From Spirochaetia bacterium (GTDB taxonomy: Bacteria; Spirochaetota; Spirochaetia; DSM-16054; Sediminispirochaetaceae): a DNA stretch of 64,000 bases. This document shows, in pieces, positions 41,982 to 52,255 of the stretch (its first letter is position 1; each line of letters begins with the position of its first letter). The position numbers and the translations under genes are program-made. Location: contig JAXHMY010000001.1 in assembly GCA_034520965.1 (NCBI GenBank), forward strand, positions 96,001 through 160,000. The letters run 5' to 3'. The notes under the pieces were generated by a model. It ran no database searches, was not told the DNA's origin, and was given only the letters and a program-made list of their open reading frames with translations.

Positions 41982-43004
41982 ATGAATCTAAACGAAAAGC
42001 GTTATGCCAAGTATGCCCTGGTAACAGAGATGCTGGAAACACCCGAAGTAGTGAAAAATTTCGATCTTTCAAGAACAGCCCCCGTCGCAGCCAAAATAAA
42101 GGCCGTCGGCTCGCTGCTGTTCACCGGAGAAGGATCCAGCCGTATTTTCCCGGCCAAAAACAGTATCCGTCGATCCCTTACTGATGGAATGGACCTTACA
42201 GTACATACCGAGGGGTCCCGCCAGGCGGCCATGTACGACCTCTCCCGCACTGCCGTTTTCTGCGCGTCCAACTCCGGCCGTACCAAAGAGGTGGTATTGC
42301 TGGCGAAACAGTTGAAGGCACAAGGCCATGACCAGTTGTATGCCCTCACAGCCAACACAGATACCCCGCTTGAGCAGGTCTGTAATGATACTCTGGTGCT
42401 GAAATGCGGATGGGAGAATGCAGTTGCCGCAACAAAGAGTGTAGTAGAACAGGCGCTCTGCTATGAAACTATTCTGCATCACATCAACAACTCTATTAAT
42501 CAGCTTAACCTGCATATGCTGGCGGAGAATCTGGAGACCGCTCTGACCGCAGAAATCGCCCCCTCGATTGTAAAAAAAGCGGTTCAAGCTCCCACCATCT
42601 ATTTTGCCGGACTAAACGATGGGGCTGCTGAAGAACTCACCCTGAAAACGAATGAAATCACCCGAAAAAAATCGGACTTCCTGGAAGGCACCTATGCGGT
42701 ACACGGAATTGAAGAGGTAATGAGCCCCGAAGATATTGTCTTTGTGATTGATCCGCTTGAGGATGAGATTACCAAATTTCAAGAGGTCCTTGAGCAGGGA
42801 GTAGGCCTTACGGTGGTAGCTATCGCCGACCGGGATACTCCCTTTCCGACTATTAAAGTTCCCGCGACCGGTGCCATGAGCCCGTATGTGTATCTGTGTG
42901 CCGGCTGGAACCTGCTGGTAGAAATCGGACTGGCAGCTGGCATAGACCTGGACAAGCCCGAGCGGGCCCGCAAGGTCGGCAACGAAGTCGCTCCTGAAGG
43001 CTAA
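41982..43004 (+). CDS. Double-SIS sugar-phosphate isomerase/deaminase-like protein (GlmS C-terminal-like)
   Basis: EMLETP, TGEGSS, SNSGRT, AATKS and DKPERARKV motifs. Confidence 0.8.
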   Translation: MNLNEKRYAKYALVTEMLETPEVVKNFDLSRTAPVAAKIKAVGSLLFTGEGSSRIFPAKNSIRRSLTDGMDLTVHTEGSRQAAMYDLSRTAVFCASNSGRTKEVVLLAKQLKAQGHDQLYALTANTDTPLEQVCNDTLVLKCGWENAVAATKSVVEQALCYETILHHINNSINQLNLHMLAENLETALTAEIAPSIVKKAVQAPTIYFAGLNDGAAEELTLKTNEITRKKSDFLEGTYAVHGIEEVMSPEDIVFVIDPLEDEITKFQEVLEQGVGLTVVAIADRDTPFPTIKVPATGAMSPYVYLCAGWNLLVEIGLAAGIDLDKPERARKVGNEVAPEG

Positions 43005-43105
43005 ACTCCCGAAGGCTGAAATGAAAGGCCGGCTCTCATAGGTCTGTCTCTGCGAGCCGCCTTGCTAATATTGACAGTTCGCCGACATATCATGTACCGT
43101 TCCTC

Positions 43106-44612
43106 ATGCTTAGTTCCGCACTTTTTTTGGATAGAGACGGTACGCTGATTGAAGATGTCGGTTACCTTTCAGACATAGAAGATATTCATTTTATTCCGGG
43201 CATATTCGATATATTAAGACGCTTACAGAAAAGGTATTCTTTGTTTGTAGTGAGCAACCAGGTCGGAATTGCGAAGGGGTTGCTTAGCCACACACAGGTG
43301 AATGCAGTAAATCGCCATATCGATTCGGTTTTTCAGCAGCAGGGCATACACATACAGCAGTGGTTTGTCTGCCCCCACGATCGGGAGGCGGAGTGCAGCT
43401 GTATGAAGCCCGAACCGGGTTTTCTGCTGCAGGCAGCGGAAGAACATGGGCTTGATCTTAGCCGCTCTTTTGTAATTGGCGACCATCCCCACGACCCCGC
43501 TACAGCCGGAGCGGTAGGGGCTTTCGGGCTGTATGTGCTTTCCGGACATGGAATGAAGCATCTGGAAGAGCTTCCCCCGGAGCAGCTGGTTTTTCACGAC
43601 CTGCCCGCCGCGGGAGAGTGGATTCTGGAGCATCCGAATCCAAAAAGCGACCTCGAAGCGGAAGTTGCCCGTGGGGCCGCTGCCCTTCAAGCGGGAGGGT
43701 TGACTGTGTTTCCCACCGAGACAGTGTACGGTATTGGGGCCGATGCCCTGAACCCCGATGCGGTTGCTATGATTTTCGAAGCCAAGCAGCGCCCCCTTCA
43801 CGACCCGTTGATTGTGCATGTAGCCTCCATTCAACAAGTCACCACTTTAGTGGAACATATTCCGCAAAAGGCTGTTCACTTAATGGAGACATTCTGGCCG
43901 GGACCGCTCACCCTCGTTCTTTCCAAAAGCAGCCGCGTGCCGGACATTGTAACCGCCGGAAATCACACAGTGGCCATCCGCATGCCGGGCAATCCTCTGG
44001 CTCTGCAGCTGATTCGTACAGCGGGAGTGCCGGTGGCAGCCCCCAGTGCAAACTTGTTTGGGCGCACCAGTCCTACTACCGCCGGGCATGTAAAAAACCA
44101 GTTGTCGGGCAGTTATGCCGCCTTAATCGACGGGGGAACGTGCCGGGTTGGGGTTGACTACAGATCTCGCTGACCGGAGAAACTCCTGTCATATTACGGG
44201 AGGGTGGACTGGCTCGGGAAGATATAGAAGAAGCTATCGGCACAATTATGAGCCGCGAAGAGGATGGGGAGGCAGCGTACGACGGTCCGGGCACGGCTGC
44301 CGGACCACTATGCCCCCACAACTCCTTTACGACTGGTCGATGATATTGAGCAGTATATGGGCTCTCCAAAAGTCGGCAAACTCTGTTTTCAAAGCCGTCC
44401 AGAGACGCAGGGTTTTCCACAGGCTGCAGACAAGACGGTCCGAATACTCAGCCCGCGGGGGGATGTGCGTGAGGCCGCAATTAATTTGTACCACCAGCAT
44501 GCAGGAGCTGGATGCCATGGGGCTCGACTTAATAGTCGCCGAGTTCGCCCCAAACCATGGGCTGGGCCGGGCAGTCAACGACCGGCTGAAAAAGGCCTCC
44601 CAAAAAACATAG
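43106..44612 (+). CDS. sua5: Fusion of HAD-IIIA (GmhB/HisB-like) phosphatase and Sua5 threonylcarbamoyl-AMP synthase; frameshifts in the 3' third
   Basis: FLDRDGT and CPH...CSCMKP, then FPTETVYG, DPLIVH, FWPGPLT, AAPSAN and AVNDRLKKA. Confidence 0.85.
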
Positions 44613-44637
44613 CCCCTAGAACAATTTGATTAGCACT

Positions 44638-45029
44638 CTATTTTTCCGGTTTTATATCAAGAATCGGGGTGCCGTCCAACATGTCTAGTCCACTTACGCC
44701 TATCCGGTTTCCCCTCACTCCCGTCACTTTGAGTTTAGAGATACCAAGTTGATTTGGACGAACCGGAGAACGGGTACTGAATACACCTCGTAGAACTCCC
44801 CGACTGGGAGGCCTCACCCGCAGATGTTCCCGGCGAAAGGGTGCGACCTCCGCCGTAAGTCAGAACAGCTGCGCTCAATAGAGCTGCCAGCCCTAATGTC
44901 GGTGAGTCCCTCTTCATACTGCTCATCAATCACCAATTCGCCCCTCACATCTGATATTGAGTAAAAACGCGGGACCGAGCTTGCCTTGGTAGACACATAT
45001 CCGATCGGATCTAATGAAATACTGACCAT
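44638..45029 (-). CDS. tsaA: TsaA/TrmO-family SAM-dependent methyltransferase, frameshifted
   Basis: LDPIGYV; alternate frame gives GVFSTRSPVRPNQLG and GLDMLDGTPILDIKP. Confidence 0.75.
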
Positions 45030-45165
45030 TTTGTTCTTTCCTTCACAAGCCAGCTTATGGAAAATGCATTTAAGCCTCAAGGGAATAGCTTTTATACTGC
45101 CGTTTTTTTAGCAAAGATTTAGCATGGATGCTTACAAATTGAGTCATTTAATATATATTTTAAGT

Positions 45166-46761
45166 ATGCCCCTGATAGAAAGAAAAAGCATAGAACGTCT
45201 CACTCCCACAGAAATACTCTACAGTAATGCCGGCAGTTTGCTGAAAGCCGGACAACCGGTAACCGACAATGTAATTGGCGAACTCGCCAAGCGGCGAGTT
45301 CCTTATGTTGAAACCTGCCGTCCTACCCAAGAGGAAGTTGCGGCTGCAGAGGGAGACCGAGAAGCGGCTATCGAAGAAATGGGAAAACTCATCCTCAATG
45401 AACAGCAGCAACAATTTAACTCATTGAGGGAACGGCTGATAGAAAATTTAAAGTCTATATACTTGCCTTATAGCGAAGAGGACCGCAGTTTTCACAGCCG
45501 CGGTCGAAAAAAGCAGATCAGCCGCGGCGATTTACTTACCAACAGCCTCAATCCCCTCGTCAGAGATGATGTAGCGGCCGGCAGCGCTGCGGTAGTAGAT
45601 GCAAATGTGCTGCGGTTTACCCGTGAGTTCATCAACACTTTTTACTCCTTGCTTGCCGATCGGGAGGCACTGACACCGGAAACCCGCAAAAAAAGAAAAG
45701 TAATCCACAGATTGCACTTGAGCAAAGTACGGCTTCACAGCCATTACGACGGCGAGCGAATCAACTCCGTGGGAGATGCTCTTGCAGCTCAAGCTGCCGA
45801 CACTATGCTAATGTTCCTGCATGCCATGGTAAATCTTAATAAAAAGCGAATTTTAGCCGGTAAACCACTCTCTGAATCGAAATACCGCCCCGAGCTTAAA
45901 AAGAGCACGGATGAGGTATACCGCTACGATGAAGATTTTATTAAGGAGGCAGCCCTGGGCGTAGCGCTGATGAACCTGGGCCTCGCGCACAAGGACGTCC
46001 ATCGACTTCTGCCTACATCAACCCTTAATCCGGACAATCGCAGCGATCAGCTGCGGATTCGTACCCTGCAGCGAAGCGTGTATGCGGGCCAACATTTATT
46101 GGATCGCGAGGATATATCCTCCCTTGCACGAATGATGGTGAGCCTGCAGTTCGACTTTCCCGATGCAACCGGTTACCCGCCGCCCTTTAAAAACCGTTTT
46201 CTCCACGATTTTGTGCGGCTTTTTCAGATAGTACGCACCTACGATGAAATGACCAATCCGGTTCTGGGCCGTACAGCTTATAACCGGATGGATGTAATTC
46301 GTTATCTCCGTGAACAGAGCGGTGAATACGCACCAACTAAAACTCCCCCGGGGGAACATGCCAAATTCGATTCAAATTTAGTAGAGGAGTTTATTTCTAT
46401 ACTGGCACCGTATCGAAAGGGCGAACTTGTGTTCTTATACCCCGGCTCCAGGCGCAGTGAACATATTTATGTGGGAAAGGTCCACAGCTACCTTGATTCA
46501 CATCTGCCGCTCATTTCAATTCTCAAAGATGAAAAAACCGGCCGCCGCTACCGGGACGGGCAACTGCTGATTTACGTCCCTAAATCGATGCTGTTTGTAA
46601 TGAAGAATGGCAAAGTACTCAAGCGTAACAACTTCGGATGGATAAAAGAGCTCCAAATATATGACAAACATGTAGATGCCGGACATGTGAATGAATACGA
46701 GGACTTCATTTTCGGACGGCAGCGCTCCTTCGCGAAGCAGCTGAAAACTGCACGCAGATGA
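45166..46761 (+). CDS. Degenerate HD-GYP-like protein
   Basis: PDATGYP, IVRTYDEMT and KFDSNLVEEF motifs; HD and HHE residues absent. Confidence 0.6.
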   Translation: MPLIERKSIERLTPTEILYSNAGSLLKAGQPVTDNVIGELAKRRVPYVETCRPTQEEVAAAEGDREAAIEEMGKLILNEQQQQFNSLRERLIENLKSIYLPYSEEDRSFHSRGRKKQISRGDLLTNSLNPLVRDDVAAGSAAVVDANVLRFTREFINTFYSLLADREALTPETRKKRKVIHRLHLSKVRLHSHYDGERINSVGDALAAQAADTMLMFLHAMVNLNKKRILAGKPLSESKYRPELKKSTDEVYRYDEDFIKEAALGVALMNLGLAHKDVHRLLPTSTLNPDNRSDQLRIRTLQRSVYAGQHLLDREDISSLARMMVSLQFDFPDATGYPPPFKNRFLHDFVRLFQIVRTYDEMTNPVLGRTAYNRMDVIRYLREQSGEYAPTKTPPGEHAKFDSNLVEEFISILAPYRKGELVFLYPGSRRSEHIYVGKVHSYLDSHLPLISILKDEKTGRRYRDGQLLIYVPKSMLFVMKNGKVLKRNNFGWIKELQIYDKHVDAGHVNEYEDFIFGRQRSFAKQLKTARR

Positions 46762-46790
46762 TTCCTGAATAGTTGTCGGTTAGTTGCCGG

Positions 46791-47492
46791 TTAGTTGCCG
46801 CGGGCTTCGGCCTTCTTGCTACGTTTCTGCTCGAGCATATTGTTGAGCCACTTGTAAATCACCGGAAAAGCCTCTGCCACGTACCCCTTCTTGGGGATCA
46901 TAAAAAGGAAAGCCTGTTCCCTATCCGGTACCACCGCGATGTGACGCAAGTACTTCGGCTGCTTCAGTTTCTGTTTGAGGTTTAACAGATCTTTTTTTAT
47001 AGCATCATCCGCATAGTAGAGCAAAAAATCATGTTCCCCCCAGCGAAGTTCTTCCTTCTGAAGCTGATCTTCATTAGTAATTTTCGGTCCGCGAAATCGG
47101 GAGTATTTTTCTTCAATCAGATGTCCTTCACTTACCAGACCCATCGCCTTTTTTGAGAAGAACAACATCAGAAACAGGCGATCGAAGCGAAAGGTCAGCA
47201 AGGAAAATGGAAGATACAACCATGACTGCCTCGGCAGCAGAGTAATGGTGGCATCTACACGGCGTATAAAACTGTTTTTCTTCGGGATCAGATTGGCATG
47301 GTATCCGGTTTCTCCCCCAATTTTTGTAAAACTTTGATCCTTTGGTTTAAGGGTATCTACTAGAGCATTGAAAGCAGAGAGAAAAATTCGCTTATTACCA
47401 CGATGTCCCCAGCTATAGCCTAGAGTAAGCAGAATAGTAGCTGCAATAAAAAGATAGAATATTGGTTGTTGTGTTACCTCTACTTCGCCCAT
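46791..47492 (-). CDS. Membrane-anchored hypothetical protein in the cstA-arsA operon
   Basis: N-terminal TM helix; abuts the arsA-like gene. Confidence 0.7.
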   Translation of the reverse strand: MGEVEVTQQPIFYLFIAATILLTLGYSWGHRGNKRIFLSAFNALVDTLKPKDQSFTKIGGETGYHANLIPKKNSFIRRVDATITLLPRQSWLYLPFSLLTFRFDRLFLMLFFSKKAMGLVSEGHLIEEKYSRFRGPKITNEDQLQKEELRWGEHDFLLYYADDAIKKDLLNLKQKLKQPKYLRHIAVVPDREQAFLFMIPKKGYVAEAFPVIYKWLNNMLEQKRSKKAEARGN

Positions 47493-47493
47493 G

Positions 47494-48427
47494 TTATTTG
47501 TTCTCCTGAAAAGTTTGTATTAGGTTTTTATCCATTATGTAGCAGGTGGGTTCCGGTTCGGCTATGTTGGGCACCCGTTCGACAGTTACATCGGAGCGGC
47601 CCTTCAATAACTCCTGTTCCACCCTTTGTGCTATATCGCTGTTTGGATTGTCGAGTTTATTGTGAAACACAGTATGCATCGGTAAATCAAGGTCTTTTAC
47701 TCCGGTCATGAGCCGCTGGGATTCCCGTAAAGAGAGATAGTCTGGGTTAAAAACCACGCAGATGCTGTTTTTGTCACCCCCCAGCCAATTCTGGACATTC
47801 TGATACCGCTCCCGCATATCCAGCAGCTTTCGCATCACCGTGTCCTCCGACTCCAAATAAGCCAGTTTCGTACCCTTCTCATTGTACTTTCCGCTGAGTT
47901 TGTGAATCGTATAACGTTTCTCCAGAATCTGTTTGCGGAGTTTAACCAAACGGTCAATCCAGGCCACCGTTATTTTAGGTAAGGCCGGAAGATTTAAGGG
48001 TAAGCCCGGTGGGCGGAGTATCAATGATAATATAATCGTAGTTCTCCTGCTCTTCCCTAAAGAGTTTTTCCATGGCGGTAATGGCGGCGTATTCTTCTAC
48101 CCCGGGTGAATATTTTAGTACATTAAAGTAGCTGTCCATATTGAAGGGTTGCATGTAGCTATACACCTCGTTCAACAGGGACATATTAGCCTCAATATAC
48201 TCATTGGCAGATTGCTCTAAGTCAGTCTCCTGTAAAAAAAGGTTTGTCTTCTTAAACCGTTTTTTACGGTGGCTGAGTTTAATATGAAAAATGTCGCCAA
48301 GGTTATGAGCCGGATCAAAGGAGACCGCTAGGACGCGGTTGCCCGCTTCCATCAGCTGCCAGGCAACTGCGGAGGCCAAAGTAGATTTGCCTACCCCTCC
48401 CTTCCCACTGAAAAAGATCGTTTTCAT
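47494..48427 (-). CDS. ArsA/GET3-family ATPase, frameshift near 47995
   Basis: GKGGVGKST, DPAHNLGD, PGVEE and DTPPTG motifs. Confidence 0.88.
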
Positions 48428-48454
48428 GAGTAAAGCCTTTTGTTATGCATAGAA

Positions 48455-48757
48455 TTAATCAATGTCCAACAGACTTGCCATATCGGCAAGAGAATCGAAG
48501 GAATCCTTCGCGCGTTCGTTCAGGACTTTGATTTCGTGCTCCAGATGAGGTAAGAGTTCCGCCGCCACAAAGGATGGGGGCGACGGAATTCCTGTAAATG
48601 AGCCCATCAGCAACAAAACAAACAGGTTCTCAAGTTCCTTAACTTCGAACTCGGTTACCTCGGTTACCTTGTTGCGATGGGATTGGTCCATGGTGGAAAA
48701 GAAAAAACGTATATATCCAAAAATTCTGGCGAACACGCCGCCTTTTCCACCATGCAT
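48455..48757 (-). CDS. Small CstA-associated protein
   Basis: ELENLFVLLLMGSFTGIPSPP...ELLP; lies between cstA and the arsA-like gene. Confidence 0.7.
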   Translation of the reverse strand: MHGGKGGVFARIFGYIRFFFSTMDQSHRNKVTEVTEFEVKELENLFVLLLMGSFTGIPSPPSFVAAELLPHLEHEIKVLNERAKDSFDSLADMASLLDID

Positions 48758-48762
48758 AGGAC

Positions 48763-50482
48763 CTAGGCCTCTGAAGTCAGAGGTTTGTTTTTGTTTTTGA
48801 GGAAGTCGATGATAAACACAAAGTTCATAATCAACATCACAATTTCAATCAGCAGTACTACAATTCCTGTAGTAGGATTGGATTCAATGGTTCCCGGCAG
48901 AACAACAACTGAAAACCAGATAATAGCCGCGGTAACAGTGATCCACAGCAGGTAAGCCGGAATCAGTACTATGTTTGCATTCTTGGCTTTCTGCCGTTTG
49001 ATTACCCAGGCGGCACCGGTCAGCAATGCGATCGACGCAATCAGCTGGTTCGCGGAACCAAAGGAGGGCCACAAAATAGTAAAACTACCGCTCCATGCCA
49101 GGTAGATACCGATAATCGCAGGTATTGTAGAAGCAATCCAGCGGTTGGTCAGGAAGTTAAACATACCCTCATTTCTGTCTTTCATCGGAAGAAGGATTTC
49201 TGAAAGGGTGTAGCGACCCAGACGGTTGGTAGTATCCAGTGTAGTCATTGCAAATGAGGCAACCCACATTCCTGCAATAACCTTTACAATCTCAGTTGGC
49301 AGAATTGTGAGGAAGGTACTGTCTACCATCGCCGCGTAGGAATTGGTAAAGACAGTTGCAGCACCGTAGCTGGCGTTCATTGCGCCGGCGTACGCGTTGC
49401 CCCAGTTAGCGGCGGTAAGATCTTGACCTGCACCTTGAATGATGGAAAGGCCGAAACCGGAGACCGAAATGATTACAACAGTCGACAAAAACCCCTCGGT
49501 CAACATCGCCCCGTATCCAATCGGCAGACCATGGCTCTCTTTTTCAATCTGCTTGGAAGTTGTACCGGAACCTACCAATGCGTGGAACCCCGAAAGAGAA
49601 CCACAGGCGATGATCAAAGGAATAACCGGCCAGAATGGAGACGGCTGACCGCCGGATACGATGGGTGCAAAGGAAGTGAATGCCGGAGCGGTAAAGCCTG
49701 CAAAACTAAAGATAGCGGCGATACCACCGATTGCAAGCCCGATATACAATAACCAGGAGTTCAGGTAGTCACGGGGCTGCAGCAGGATGTTTACCGGTAC
49801 TGCCGATGCAATAATAATGTAGAAGAACATTACCAGCATCCAAGTATCCCGACTGGCGTTTATTGGGAACTGGTGTCCGCCGATAATTGCCAGTATCAGC
49901 ATTGCAATACCAATAAGGGTAGCGGCGGTAAAGTTCATCTTTACCCGATACAGCAGCACACCCAAAATGAGAGCGGCAACCAATTTCAGGATGTAAGCAC
50001 TGGGTACCTGGCCGTTTGCAACAAACATATTACCCAGTACCGCACCAAAGGCACCGATTACCAGAATCAGCAGGAAGAATACCAGCCAATAAAAGGTCTT
50101 TCCTGTGCGCTTTGAGATAACATCGGAGGCGACGAACTGTACCGACCGTCCGTCATAACGAACCGAGGCCATCAAAGCCAGATAATCGTGTACCGCACCT
50201 ATAAAGATGTTTCCAAACCAGACCCACAGGAGTCCCGGAACCCATCCCCAAGCCATTGCAAGAACCGGACCAACGATTGGTGCGGCACCGGCGATGGAGG
50301 CGAAGTGGTGCCCGAATAGAACCGGCGCCTTTGCAGGAACATAATCTACCCCGTCGAACATACGCTGCGACGGAGTCTCATCATCAGTAGCTTTTACTAC
50401 GCTCCGGTTCAAGTTTCCTACCATAGGTAAGATACAACAGAACATACACAGCTAAACCGACTACAACAATGAGAGTAGTCAT
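48763..50482 (-). CDS. cstA: Carbon starvation protein A family transporter, frameshift near 50405
   Basis: DGVDYVP, GHHFASIAGAAPIVGP, QPRDY and IACGSLSGFH motifs. Confidence 0.93.
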
Positions 50483-50608
50483 ACAATAAACCTCCCGTAA
50501 AATAGATATTCTCATTAAAATACGGGAGGTCGCTTAAGTCAAGCCCTTTTTTCAAATCTTAGAGCTAACTAATTTAATAGAGTAAATAAATTTATTAGTT
50601 GAGACCGC

Positions 50609-51104
50609 CTAGAATCTGAAAAAGCTGTATTTATTCTTATAGTAACTGTCCAGAAAACCAATCTGTTTCTGTAGGTAATCGTAGTGGCCCCGTTCCCAGT
50701 CGGCCAGATAGTTAAAAAACTCTTTTAACTTATCCTGATCAGATGCCTGGGCCATCTCTTTATAAAACTTCGCAGATTCAAGTTCGAGTTTGATTCCGAT
50801 TGACATGGTGGACATTTCAAAATCCTTGTTTCCAACCTTGTCCTTAAATTCCCTGGTAAAGATAGGGCTCTCGGCATCTTCGAAGGTGGTTGGCTTTGGA
50901 AGGTCCGGCACCGTCACATCGCGTCCTTCTGAATACTCAGTGGCTAGTTTTACCAGGGTATCCAGGTGAGTTTGTTCTTCATCAGCCAGCATTTTGAACA
51001 CGTCTCTCGCCTTCTTATCATCTGTTTTGTCCGCCGCGGCCTTATAAAGCTCACGCCCTCGATTTCGCCTTTAATAGCTGTTTCGAATGCTTGTTTAGAT
51101 CCAT
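50609..51104 (-). CDS. Ferritin-like/rubrerythrin-family protein, frameshifted near the 5' end
   Basis: EIEG..Y, EEQTH and WERGH di-iron motifs. Confidence 0.82.
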
Positions 51105-51195
51105 ACTTAACTCCTTTTTTCATTTTGCTTCTGATTCCAGTATAATAAAACCACTTGCTGAAATCAAAAAAGCGTTGGGTTTTTCTTTGATATGT

Positions 51196-51336
51196 CAGCA
51201 ATTCTAAATTTGGAAGTCTTCCGACTTCCAAATTTAGAATTTGCTTCATTTTCTTAGTAAAAATTGGTAGATCAATACAGTTGGAGGCATTCTCAGTTTG
51301 GATAGTGCAATGCACTATCCAAACTGAGAATTGCTG
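51196..51336. mobile_element. Double-hairpin MITE-like element, copy 3 (141 bp)
   Basis: CAGCAATTC...GAATTGCTG ends; 8-bp direct repeat TGATATGT at 51188-51195 and 51337-51344. Confidence 0.88.
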
Positions 51337-51382
51337 TGATATGTCTTTTAGGCTTGTATTTTGCAAAAAAAGGTTCTTATAC

Positions 51383-51522
51383 CAGCAATTCCAAATGTAG
51401 AAGTCTTTCAGACTTCTACATTTGGAATTTGCTTCAAATACTTAGCACATATTACAATTTCTTAACACGATGAGGCATCAGAATGTGAAGTGTGCATCGC
51501 ACACTTCACATTTCGAATGCTG
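51383..51522. mobile_element. Double-hairpin MITE-like element, diverged copy 4 (140 bp)
   Basis: CAGCAATTC...GAATGCTG ends; flanks TTCTTATAC / CTCTGATAC (7 of 9 match); both hairpins retained. Confidence 0.8.
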
Positions 51523-51541
51523 CTCTGATACTTAACAAGTA

Positions 51542-52224
51542 ATGTGGTCAAATATGGATTCCCGAAGGTTTAATGCGTTTAATTTATACGCTTCTGCTCG
51601 TGTAGGAGCCATTCTGATTGGTTTGAGCGTACTTATGATGCAGGCGGTACAAACGCCTGAAGAGTATTATCACCGCACAAACGGATATGTGCAGGCCTCA
51701 AAGACCGTTGGGCCGGACCACTACGAGGTGAGCATTGAATATGCACTGCCGGATTCCTCGACGCGTGTCGCCCGAGGGGTTGTACAAAGCGAGACTGTGG
51801 TTGTAGAAGACGACCGACTCATTGTGCACTATAACCCCTACTCGCCGGATGAAATAAGCCTGCCAGCACCCCCGCCGATAAAGCCGGAAATTCCTTATAT
51901 TTTTCGGCATATTAATCGGCGGCTTAGGATTTCGACTCTTTATCCGTTCATTCTTTCAGCATGCCAAGGAACGTTTCATTAGGGAGAACGGAAAAAAAAT
52001 CACCCTTTGCAACAGAAATTGAACGCACCTCTGTGAAGCTATTATGGGTAATAAAAATACAGGTAATTCGCATTCACTGCACCTGGAAGCCTCTGAGCGG
52101 TACCGAGGAACTCAACTTTTACAGTGAGCCCTATCCCCTTTCCTCCAGCTCAAAACTGAAACTGCAGAGTGTAAGGGTCTACTTTTTACCCCAGGCTCCG
52201 GAGCGCTATTTTATTGAGGTTTGA
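51542..52224 (+). CDS. DUF3592-like membrane protein, frameshifted
   Basis: TM helix, T.G.V, V.Y, IVHYNPYSP; C-terminal ELNFYSE...VRVYF part in the next ORF. Confidence 0.55.
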
Positions 52225-52255
52225 CCAAATATATGGTTTTGTTTATATTTTAGCG

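Noticed and set aside
46770..46801. Three copies of an 11-nt repeat (TAGTTGYCGGT) at convergent stop codons; similar short duplication at 42991-43020
   Set aside because: Short local slippage duplications with no evidence of function.
50950..51366. 138-aa ORF, and the N-terminal extension of ORF 6409-7560
   Set aside because: Both read through the repeat element; the real starts lie downstream.
51196..51522. CRISPR array
   Set aside because: The repeats are inverted palindromes in a fixed two-hairpin unit with target duplications; there is no direct repeat-spacer periodicity and no cas gene.
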